A stretch of 64,000 nt of DNA, taken from NCBI GenBank assembly GCA_028718605.1, contig JAQULM010000001.1:19244-83243 (forward strand), written 5' to 3'. Below the pieces are notes generated by a model, which had not been told where the DNA came from, ran no database searches, and worked only from the letters and a program-made list of their open reading frames with translations. The stretch is from Patescibacteria group bacterium. GTDB taxonomy: Bacteria > Patescibacteriota > Patescibacteriia > UBA10025 > JAHIVO01. The first letter of the stretch is position 1. Each line of letters starts with the position of its first letter. The position numbers and the translations under genes are program-made. Of the stretch, positions 1 to 8,228 are shown piece after piece.

Positions 1-918
1 ATTTAATTTAAATGCTTTTACGTGGGGACCGCCGCCGCTATTTGCGGCGACAATTATTTCGTCATAACCATCTTGATCGAGATCACCGCTTGTTACATTG
101 ACTCCCTGTTTGTAATCATCAGGAAATGCTTTAAATTCACCAATCGGGGGCTCCGAGGCACCGACATTGATTACTTTGACTAATCCGACATCTTGACTGT
201 GTACTCCAAGAATTAGTTCGTCCATATAATCATCATCAACATTTGCAGTTGCGATGCTTACGCCACCGCTAAAATCAGGATGAAATGGATATACATCGAA
301 CGGTAATTTTATCCCATACCGATTAAAAATATTAACGCGCGGTTCATCACCTGCTGCTGGTGCAGTAATAATTTCCGGAATTCCTCCACCGTCAATATCA
401 CCAACAGCGAGATTAACGCCGCCTTTCATATTTGTATCATACGCAAAAAATCCGGGAGTAAAAATTGGAATTCCATAGCGGTTGAATATTCTGATATGTG
501 GGCCGCCTTTGGACATCGGGGCAGTAATAATTTCTGCGGTACCGTTTCCATCCAGGTCGCCGCATGCAACATTGACGCCGCCACGAAAATTTATTTCGTA
601 TGCAAAAAATCCTGGGGTAAATTTCGGTATGCCCTCGTGAGACAAGATTCTGACTTGCGGTCCTCCATTCGGCCCCGCACCCACAATTATTTCTGTAACC
701 CCATCCCCCTCCAAATCGCAGACTGCGATTGAAGCACCGCCTGAAAAGTCGCTGCCGAATGCTAAAAACTGATTTTCAAGATTCCCTTTATTACTGAATA
801 TCCGAACCTCGGGAGGCCGGCTATCAGATGCTTGGGCAAGCAACGGCAAACAAAATAAAATACAGCAACTTATAAATAGGTGCTGTCTATATTTTTTTAC
901 CCCCGTTTTTATTTTCAT
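1..918 (-). CDS. Secreted FG-GAP (integrin-alpha/VCBS-like) repeat protein, 3' end runs off the window
   Basis: Not in the ORF track because it is truncated. Manual translation from ATG at 918 gives MKIKTGVKKYRQHLFISCCILFCLPLLAQA (signal peptide), then five repeats such as GGVNVACGDLDGNGTAEIITAP..GGPHIRIF; the frame is open to position 1. Confidence 0.88.
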   Translation of the reverse strand, partial: MKIKTGVKKYRQHLFISCCILFCLPLLAQASDSRPPEVRIFSNKGNLENQFLAFGSDFSGGASIAVCDLEGDGVTEIIVGAGPNGGPQVRILSHEGIPKFTPGFFAYEINFRGGVNVACGDLDGNGTAEIITAPMSKGGPHIRIFNRYGIPIFTPGFFAYDTNMKGGVNLAVGDIDGGGIPEIITAPAAGDEPRVNIFNRYGIKLPFDVYPFHPDFSGGVSIATANVDDDYMDELILGVHSQDVGLVKVINVGASEPPIGEFKAFPDDYKQGVNVTSGDLDQDGYDEIIVAANSGGGPHVKAFKLN

Positions 919-937
919 ATTTTTGTTATTTGTATTC

Positions 938-966
938 ATTTTAACACATTTTTTGAGTATTGTAAA
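938..966 (-). promoter_or_regulatory. sigma70-type promoter of the FG-GAP gene
   Basis: Minus strand TTTACA-N17-TAAAAT with extended TG. Confidence 0.6.
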
Positions 967-992
967 TAGGACGAATTAAACAGTTTATTATT

Positions 993-2699
993 TTAGGAAA
1001 GTTCACGCGGCGCATGAAAGAGCATTTTAAAATCATGCTTTCTCCAGTTTTTCATCGTTGTGACATCAACCTCACCATCTTTTATGAGTGAAGCGACGTG
1101 CTTACCTCCAAGAAAATGCGGGAGTATTACATAATTTGCACCTTTGTCGTATAAACGCCGCGCTTCCCAGTTTGAATACGCGGTCATAATGGCGATTGGC
1201 GCACGATTATTTTTTTTACGCATTTGCTGAATCGTGTTAAGTAAGGCGAAAGAATCATCAAGATCGGGAACGGTGGATATGAGTATCGGCGTATCGTCGA
1301 GATGTACCAATTGTTGAATGTCGCTGTCAGTAATATCACCGAATACTACCTTGTACCGTTCACGCTTAAGCTGTTGGGCAATCAAAGGATCGAATTCTAC
1401 GATTACGAGTTTTTCTTTATTAATACAGTGCAGTATATGCTGTCCGAGGCGGTGCGCGCCTGCGAGGAGAATTTGTCCGCGCGGGTTTGTCGGGAATGGC
1501 AGATCCTCATGAGCATTTGATTTTTCAAAAATATGCAAATATTTCTTAAATCTCTGGAACAAGCCATGGCTATGTGCAATAAAATACGCTGAAGCAATAA
1601 AAGTGACGAGTCCGATGCTCGTTACGAGAGAAACGTCCTGCTTTGTTACATGTCCGAGAGTTAAACCGATTGCCATTAATATTAAGCTAAATTCAGAGAC
1701 TTGCGCAATGCTGATGCTTGCGTAAAAACTCGTTTTTTTTCTGAAACCAAGCAATCCCATTAAAACAATAAATATAAGCGGATTACCAATTAAAACAAAT
1801 AGCGACAAAACGATTGAAGGAAATATTATTGATTGTAAGTCACTTATTGCAACAGAAAAACCAAGGACCACAAAAAATATTACCAAAAAAAAGTCCCTCA
1901 GCGGTCGTAGCTTTGATTCAATTTGAAATTGTTCAATCGAATGAGCAAGGGCAAGGCCGGCAAGAAAGCCGCCAATCTCAGTCGATAAGCCAATAAATTT
2001 AGTAGACACCAGTGCGCTTAAGCCAAAAGCCCACGCGATACTTGTTATAAACAAAAGTTCAGGGCTTGTTGCGAGTTTATCAAATATCCAAGGAAAAACT
2101 TTTCGTGACAAGAAATATACAATTGCTAGTAATAAAATGCCCTTTATTAATGTTCCTGAAATGGCAACTATGTGTGAACTGGCTCCCCCTCCATGCAAAC
2201 TCCCTAAAAATATCATGACAAAAATTGCAACGATATCCTGAATTATCAAAAAACCAACGACAATCCTCCCGTAGAGGCTTTGTAATTCGCGCTTCTCCGA
2301 CAAAAGCTTAACAACAACGATCGTGCTTGAAAAAGTCAAAGCAAAAGCGATATACAAAGAACGTACGATATCGAATCCTAGTAAGCGTACGATCCCAAAA
2401 CCCACTATGCTCGTAATTACAATTTGGCCGATTGCAGTCAAAAGTGCTGAGCGTCCAATCGTTTTGATATAATCAAATCGCATTTCAAGCCCGATTAGAA
2501 AAAGCAGCAATGTTGTGCCAAACGTTGCCATTACATCCAATGTGTGACGACTGTCTTCTGCCATTGTGCCAAATGCGGCTATCAGAATGCCGGTTATGAG
2601 ATATGCGACAATTGTAGGCTGTCGTAAATACCGTGCAATGATTCCTAGTACCGCAGCGACTACGACAACGAGCGTAATATCAAAAAATGCTACATTCAT
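993..2699 (-). CDS. CPA2-family cation:proton antiporter (Kef-type) with C-terminal RCK/TrkA-N domain
   Basis: About 12-13 TM helices with motifs LLFLIGLE, FSSTIVVVKLL, QDIVAI, GGFLAGLAL, LRDFF and QVSEFS; C-terminal Rossmann-like GAHRLG..VVFGDITD. Confidence 0.92.
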   Translation of the reverse strand: MNVAFFDITLVVVVAAVLGIIARYLRQPTIVAYLITGILIAAFGTMAEDSRHTLDVMATFGTTLLLFLIGLEMRFDYIKTIGRSALLTAIGQIVITSIVGFGIVRLLGFDIVRSLYIAFALTFSSTIVVVKLLSEKRELQSLYGRIVVGFLIIQDIVAIFVMIFLGSLHGGGASSHIVAISGTLIKGILLLAIVYFLSRKVFPWIFDKLATSPELLFITSIAWAFGLSALVSTKFIGLSTEIGGFLAGLALAHSIEQFQIESKLRPLRDFFLVIFFVVLGFSVAISDLQSIIFPSIVLSLFVLIGNPLIFIVLMGLLGFRKKTSFYASISIAQVSEFSLILMAIGLTLGHVTKQDVSLVTSIGLVTFIASAYFIAHSHGLFQRFKKYLHIFEKSNAHEDLPFPTNPRGQILLAGAHRLGQHILHCINKEKLVIVEFDPLIAQQLKRERYKVVFGDITDSDIQQLVHLDDTPILISTVPDLDDSFALLNTIQQMRKKNNRAPIAIMTAYSNWEARRLYDKGANYVILPHFLGGKHVASLIKDGEVDVTTMKNWRKHDFKMLFHAPRELS

Positions 2700-2780
2700 A
2701 ACTTATGCATTAATGTAACGAGAATAGTATGTTTGCAGTAGATGATTAATAATGATGTGTATTTTTTTTCGTACCCAACA

Positions 2781-3182
2781 CTATTGAATAACCGTAAATA
2801 ATATAAAAATTACCCAATAAATCGCAAATGATGATAGGACCAGGCTATTGAGCCTAATCCATGGTTTACATTGGAAACTCTTGCCCCTCAAGCGTATAAA
2901 ACGGTAAACAAGATAAACCGATACGGTAATAGAATATAGAATCATAATTACACTTAAAGCGAATGCTCCCATCTCGGCTGTCTTGGTAATGAATGGGCTG
3001 GCAGATGTATTACTCGGAAGAATATTCCACCATTTCACTATATTAATCGCCAATCGGGTTTCCAAAAATAGTAAAATCCACAGAACGATCATGAGTGACC
3101 AATGGATTATTTGATGCTTGCGGGAATCAGGTTGAATGGCATCATTTACCATTGATTCGTGCTGTACAGTATTTTGGTTCAT
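2781..3182 (-). CDS. Hypothetical 3-TM membrane protein (paralog of 3189..3560)
   Basis: Three hydrophobic segments; shares LYxIxVSxYLV with its neighbour. Confidence 0.7.
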   Translation of the reverse strand: MNQNTVQHESMVNDAIQPDSRKHQIIHWSLMIVLWILLFLETRLAINIVKWWNILPSNTSASPFITKTAEMGAFALSVIMILYSITVSVYLVYRFIRLRGKSFQCKPWIRLNSLVLSSFAIYWVIFILFTVIQ

Positions 3183-3188
3183 GAAAAT

Positions 3189-3560
3189 TTACAATAAAAT
3201 AAAGTAAAATGAGACAAATGAGACGGCTATAAAAGCAACAAGAAGACTAATGTTCAATAAAATAATTGTCACGTATCGTGCGGCGTATCCTTCGATAACA
3301 AGATAGAGGCTTACAAGAATGGTATACAATGCAACAATTATGTAAACGTATATCCATGCATTTCCATTTACTCTTTCGGCGAGATAGGAGTGCCTTGACC
3401 CGATTTTCACGATCGCAGGGATGATCAGTAAACCAAATAATGTCGAAGCCCAAAGAAGTCCCAGGCTAAAGTATATCAACCCGCGCTTCCATAGTCCTGG
3501 TTCGACTTTCTTGGTTCCAGATAAAACATTATTTGGTATCTTTTTTGTTTTAAGGCGCAT
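3189..3560 (-). CDS. Hypothetical 3-TM membrane protein (paralog of 2781..3182)
   Basis: Three hydrophobic segments; extended -10 TGgTATAAT upstream near 3590-3598. Confidence 0.7.
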   Translation of the reverse strand: MRLKTKKIPNNVLSGTKKVEPGLWKRGLIYFSLGLLWASTLFGLLIIPAIVKIGSRHSYLAERVNGNAWIYVYIIVALYTILVSLYLVIEGYAARYVTIILLNISLLVAFIAVSFVSFYFILL

Positions 3561-3657
3561 TTTTTGGGTTTTTAATACTTTCGAGTATCATTATACCATA
3601 TTTTTGTAAAAAAATAAAGGGGTAAAAAATCAACCCATATTGAAAAAAATATTTAAT

Positions 3658-4542
3658 TTATGGGGCGAATAAAGTTGTTTCAAATTCCTCGATATACATT
3701 TCATCAGATGGTTGCAGTACGCAACGCTGGCGATAACAAACACAACTGCCGTGCTCCAATGCATCATTATTAAAAGTCTGAGTTTCGTCCAGGCTACTGT
3801 CAAGTGAAAATTCAGCGTCGAGTCGAATCCAATTTTCATTATTGGGACCGCATTTGCCGAGCGAATGAAAAAATAGGCACTCTCCTTCCTGCGAACACAA
3901 AGGTGCATTGGTAAGTTGTTTTTGCATAAATACAAATACTTTTTCCGAATCAAGCGAAGACGGTTGTGTAATTGATTTTGATTGAATTATAAATAATAGC
4001 ACTATCGCTCCCGCAACGCCCAGAATTGTATAAAAAAGTGGATCCTTCCATAATGATTTCCGGGTCACGCGCTCTTTTTCGTCCTCGGGGAGCAATTTTT
4101 GCGTATAGCCAATTTGGTTAAGAAAATTTTTTGCAGATAAAATATTGGTTTCATCCTCGGTTGATATTCGAACAGTAAAAAAATTCTTACGGAAATTTAC
4201 CGCAAGGAATTCGACTATCGCATTCATGCCCAGCCATCTGTACTGCTCGACAGTACATCGTACGTTTGCTAGTTTTTTTCTGAATGAAATTTTTTTTTCG
4301 AGTGTACTACCCGGCTCAACGGGAATTGCTGTGATTTGCCATAATCCTGTAATATTATCGTAGGCATTTGAACAGTACTTAATTTCTTCGTTAATGTTCT
4401 GGACATACTCCCGCTGAGTGGCATTATCTTTTAAATACGTATTTCGTTCTGTGTATTCACAAATCATTTCAAGGCCAAGGGCGTTTATCAATTGGTCTCT
4501 TTCCGTATCGGGTATACGAAAATTAAGCTGGAATGTAGTCAT
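3658..4542 (-). CDS. Bitopic membrane protein: degenerate CYTH-like N-domain, TM helix, 6-Cys extracellular domain
   Basis: 294 aa ORF; TM FYTILGVAGAIVLLFII; C-terminal C-x5-C...C...CxC-x4-C; the N-domain hydrophobic pattern follows the CyaB/CYTH fold. Confidence 0.6.
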   Translation of the reverse strand: MTTFQLNFRIPDTERDQLINALGLEMICEYTERNTYLKDNATQREYVQNINEEIKYCSNAYDNITGLWQITAIPVEPGSTLEKKISFRKKLANVRCTVEQYRWLGMNAIVEFLAVNFRKNFFTVRISTEDETNILSAKNFLNQIGYTQKLLPEDEKERVTRKSLWKDPLFYTILGVAGAIVLLFIIQSKSITQPSSLDSEKVFVFMQKQLTNAPLCSQEGECLFFHSLGKCGPNNENWIRLDAEFSLDSSLDETQTFNNDALEHGSCVCYRQRCVLQPSDEMYIEEFETTLFAP

Positions 4543-4566
4543 ACGTAAACAGCAGAAAAATAGTAC

Positions 4567-4887
4567 CTAACGTTCTTTCGTACGAATGCCTTTCAAAATC
4601 CAGATAATTACAAGAATAGCGCAGGCAGTGCTAAATCCTATCGCACCGAATGCGCATACGGCTTCAGAGGTACTCCCCGATTTCGGCGTTATAAAATACA
4701 TGGTTACACCTATGCCGATCGCAAGTATCCCGCATAGTGCAGCGATTTTGAGCAAAAACCCGTCTTTTAAAATAGCATGCAGTATCGAATTGCTTTTCTT
4801 CTCTTGTTCCGATGTTGGATTCTGGATGCTATATTGTTTGTCGGGTATTTCCATATGCCGAAATAATTTACTACAATAATTAATCAA
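4567..4887 (-). CDS. Hypothetical 2-TM membrane protein
   Basis: Two hydrophobic helices, co-oriented and tightly packed with neighbours; the likely start is the internal MEIPDK. Confidence 0.65.
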   Translation of the reverse strand: MINYCSKLFRHMEIPDKQYSIQNPTSEQEKKSNSILHAILKDGFLLKIAALCGILAIGIGVTMYFITPKSGSTSEAVCAFGAIGFSTACAILVIIWILKGIRTKER

Positions 4888-4895
4888 TAAGCAAA

Positions 4896-6278
4896 CTACT
4901 GGTTTGTACTTGCTGTATTTGTTGCGCTACTGGGGAAATTTGTGTTCGCGTTTGTATTACTATTTGAAAAACTTTTTTCCAATGCCTCAAGATCAATAGA
5001 TTCGAAGTTGCTTGAAAAAGTTTGGATTAGTTCATTCGATTCGCACGTTTCGAATGTTGAAAGAATGAATCCGCATGCTTCTTTCCATTGAAAATCATTT
5101 ATATAGACTGAAATAACTTTATCTTTTAATTGCTCAATGAGCCAGTCGTCAACATCTTTCTTTCTGATAAAAATATGTTTGACGTCAATCTGCTCAACAT
5201 TATCCGAAGACATTGAATGTGACAAGACTTTTATTAGATGGTAACCATACGCAGTATCTACAATATTAGAAACTTGCCCATCCTGAAGTGCAAAAGCTGC
5301 GGTTTCAAATTCAGAAATTGTTTGACCTTTTATTACTGTGCCAAGGCTGCCCCCCGCTTTCGCGTCAATATCTTCACCGTATAAATCAGCTAATTCTTCG
5401 AATGTTTTTGTAGTTGTGCTTAAAAGTTTTTGGATTGTTTCAATTTTTTCCTTTGCGGTTTTATTAAAAGATGCGTCATTGTCAAGATAATTAGTAATTT
5501 TTTGGCGAGTGAGGTACGGTAACAATGCTTTTGATTTGAATTCTGTTGTCGACCAGTTATAGAGTTCCTTTATTTGCGTTTCAAGTTCATCAGAGCTGCC
5601 AACAACAGAAATAAGCTTAACATATTCAGCATCAAGTTCCCCGCTTGTTGGCGTAATTCCAAGTTGCTTAGCAGCTGAATCAAGAAACTTTTGGCGCACA
5701 AGTCGTGTCAATATTTGCTTCGACAATAAAACATCAGATGGCGGTTTCACGGTATCAGACTGAGCAGAATAAAAATACTTCATTGTCGCAAGATCGCTGA
5801 TAAAATCAGAATATAAAATTGTAGCGCCATCCACAACCGCCGCGACACGAATTATTTCACTCCCAGAATTCGTATTTACGACGATATCCTTGCCATTTGA
5901 TTCATAATTTAAATTGCTATTCGATAGGTATTCTTTAAGCGCTTCTATTTCACTATTAAAGTTATTCGTAAGTTTTGAATTATTACTGTATATAACGAGC
6001 CAATAAAAAATGCAGGCGAGAATGATAACAAAAAAACCGAGCATAAAAACTGCTATGCGCCAGTGATGTGGTTTTTTATTTGCTGATGATGTTGGTGTTC
6101 CATCGACGATTCTTGCGGCATCAAACTGGCTCCATCCATTAGACACAAGTTCATCGACAATTGCTTGGTCGCTAACGCCTTGCGACCTGCGTTGTTGCGT
6201 AAAAACACTACCGTTTTGGATACGTGTGCTATTTTCAGGCTGAATACGAGGTTTTTTTGCATTCTTCATAATCAGCAA
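4896..6278 (-). CDS. PrsA/SurA-like PpiC-type peptidyl-prolyl isomerase (membrane anchored)
   Basis: SurA-N-like AAVVDGATI...; parvulin motifs FEELADLYGED, GGSLG, EFETAAF and TAYGYHLIKV; one TM helix. Confidence 0.88.
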   Translation of the reverse strand: MLIMKNAKKPRIQPENSTRIQNGSVFTQQRRSQGVSDQAIVDELVSNGWSQFDAARIVDGTPTSSANKKPHHWRIAVFMLGFFVIILACIFYWLVIYSNNSKLTNNFNSEIEALKEYLSNSNLNYESNGKDIVVNTNSGSEIIRVAAVVDGATILYSDFISDLATMKYFYSAQSDTVKPPSDVLLSKQILTRLVRQKFLDSAAKQLGITPTSGELDAEYVKLISVVGSSDELETQIKELYNWSTTEFKSKALLPYLTRQKITNYLDNDASFNKTAKEKIETIQKLLSTTTKTFEELADLYGEDIDAKAGGSLGTVIKGQTISEFETAAFALQDGQVSNIVDTAYGYHLIKVLSHSMSSDNVEQIDVKHIFIRKKDVDDWLIEQLKDKVISVYINDFQWKEACGFILSTFETCESNELIQTFSSNFESIDLEALEKSFSNSNTNANTNFPSSATNTASTNQ

Positions 6279-6307
6279 TTCGTATAGTGAATGATAAAAA
6301 CAGTATT

Positions 6308-6336
6308 ATTGTACATCTTTTCTCGCGTTGTATCAA
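6308..6336 (-). promoter_or_regulatory. sigma70-type promoter of the PPIase gene
   Basis: Minus strand TTGATA-N17-TACAAT with extended TG. Confidence 0.65.
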
Positions 6337-6644
6337 TAAATCGAGCCAATTTTTATCAAAACGAAATACTTGTTCTAACTGTATGAGCAAGTAATCATCA
6401 GTGCCTGTTTTTACTAACTACCTTATTAAAAACGGCGAAGAGTGTAATTGACCATAGAATAATAATGATACAAGTATTTGTAGTTCTCTATGATATTTTA
6501 TTGGCAACTTTTTATTAAATACTTTATTTACTTGCGATGTTACCTTGTTTAAATAAGTTATTTTGAGTAAAAAAAACAGTTTTATGAGTAAACATAATAT
6601 GTCTTAGAGCAGCACATTTAACAAAATTGTTTTGCACAATAATA

Positions 6645-6670
6645 AATGAAGAGGGTGGCACGGCCCTCTC
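6645..6670 (-). terminator. Putative intrinsic terminator of the 6758..7234 gene
   Basis: GC-rich hairpin AGAGGG..CCCTCT followed by TCATTT on the minus strand; the U-tract is weak. Confidence 0.45.
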
Positions 6671-6757
6671 CATAGATTGATCTGAAGGCATTTTTCCTAG
6701 GAGGAATTAATGCTTTCAATTGCTCCAGCGTGGGACTTCCAAATACCCATTGATGCC

Positions 6758-7234
6758 TCACTTTCCATGTAAGACTGTTGCATGTTTCTTACTCCCGTGA
6801 CCCTGAGCTATCCCCCGAGACCGATAAGCCTCATGAAAAAGCTTGGATACAGCAGTAACGACGAACGGAACGGAGACAAAGACGCACGTTTCTAGCATTT
6901 TAACTGGCACATCGAAGTCGTTTGGCTGCAGAAACTCGGTTATGAGCATCAACAACCACGTCGACCACCAGATGAAGAAATATACCTCTCCTCTCCGTTT
7001 TTTCTGTTCATGATCGAGCCATCTCTTAGCTTCCTTCTGAAGCACATAGAGCACCAGAAATACCATATATCCGAATGGCATTTCCGCTGGCACTTTGAAT
7101 GACTCTATTTTCATGAACTCAATCCAACACATAGTGTATTGGCAAAGAGTCCAAATGACTAAGCAGTAGAACAGAATATCTGCTTTAGTCAACCACTTTA
7201 ATAAAACAGAGGTGGTTTTGGCATATATCATCAC
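6758..7234 (-). CDS. Hypothetical 4-TM membrane protein with internal duplication
   Basis: SD GGGAG directly before GTG(7234)/ATG(7231), so the start is downstream of the track's 7327; two repeats of W-x5-M-x3-EF-x5-FxVP-x2-M. Confidence 0.75.
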   Translation of the reverse strand: MMIYAKTTSVLLKWLTKADILFYCLVIWTLCQYTMCWIEFMKIESFKVPAEMPFGYMVFLVLYVLQKEAKRWLDHEQKKRRGEVYFFIWWSTWLLMLITEFLQPNDFDVPVKMLETCVFVSVPFVVTAVSKLFHEAYRSRGIAQGHGSKKHATVLHGK

Positions 7235-7381
7235 GCTCCCTTCATAGCGATACGGTTGTGTGCCAATTGCTGCGAAACACGCTGGAGCGTAGCTGTTACT
7301 TGAAAATACCAAGCAACAGCGTACCATTTCATATGGCTACCCTGTCAAGGATTCAATGTCTGTATTTGATTGTACATATTC

Positions 7382-7409
7382 ATCATATATTGTATTACGA
7401 TTTTGTCAA
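7382..7409 (-). promoter_or_regulatory. Putative sigma70 promoter for the 6758..7234 gene
   Basis: Minus strand TTGACA-N16-TATGAT; a second TTGACA and TGgTACGCT lie near 7318-7348. Confidence 0.5.
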
Positions 7410-7481
7410 TATAAAAAACTCTCCACACCCTGTGGATATATCCGATATTACGCTTGGATTAGCAAAAAACAATTCTGGCGA

Positions 7482-8228
7482 TTAATTCATATATCCTATG
7501 TATGCGAGCATCGTACGCAGATTGCGATTATTATCCCGCCGGAATGAAAAACAGGAAGGTGTGCAATATGTGCATATTTTAGAGTCCTCAATATTATTTT
7601 GTGGTATGCCTGCATCTATAAATTGATCCTTTATGGCAGCACTCAAATCAATATGCCATTGGGACGCAGAGGAATCAATGATATAAGGCGTATTCTTAAA
7701 TGGCTTCGCATCTCGTGGAGTCATGCAAAAATGGCAGGCGTGGATTCCCGGACCAAGTCCGACAAGGTACGACGAGATGTCAGCATGCGTGGATTTTAAC
7801 GATTCAATTGCTTTTTTTACAATACCTTTTGCGATCCCCCTCCAGCCTGCATGAATAATTCCGACTGAATAAACCGCTGGGTTAAATATATAGACAGGAA
7901 AGCAATCAGCAACGGTAATCGATAGATAGACATCGCTGAGCGTTGTTAACAGTCCATCACACTTAATGGTTGGTTGTCGCTCATATTTATTTTTTATGAT
8001 TGCTACTGTTGTGCCATGCGAAAGATTTGCGTACACCACGGATATGGGACTGATTTTTTGCTTGTTAAAAAAAGTAGTGCGATTTGGTATATCGTAGGAA
8101 CTGCTTTCCGAAATACTGACCATTGACCCGTCTTCAACTGTCGAGATGCCGTACCGGAGTTTGGGATACTGTTTGAAAATCTTGAAATGCAGTGAATCCA
8201 TTGTTGCTACAATTTTGTTCCATGGCAC
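7482..8228 (-). CDS. pgeF: Peptidoglycan editing factor PgeF / YfiH (laccase-domain, purine nucleoside phosphorylase) family
   Basis: Motifs SHGT, CDGLLT, VADCFPV, IHAGWRG, GPGI, CTYC and FSFRR. Confidence 0.9.
   Translation of the reverse strand: MPWNKIVATMDSLHFKIFKQYPKLRYGISTVEDGSMVSISESSSYDIPNRTTFFNKQKISPISVVYANLSHGTTVAIIKNKYERQPTIKCDGLLTTLSDVYLSITVADCFPVYIFNPAVYSVGIIHAGWRGIAKGIVKKAIESLKSTHADISSYLVGLGPGIHACHFCMTPRDAKPFKNTPYIIDSSASQWHIDLSAAIKDQFIDAGIPQNNIEDSKICTYCTPSCFSFRRDNNRNLRTMLAYIGYMN

Noticed and set aside
6340-6645. AT-rich 300-bp intergenic region as a replication origin
   Set aside because: No cluster of TTATCCACA-like boxes is visible and no dnaA/dnaN is nearby
7419-7440. Inverted DnaA-box-like pair CTCCACA-CCC-TGTGGATA
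   Set aside because: Only one near-consensus box; insufficient for a call
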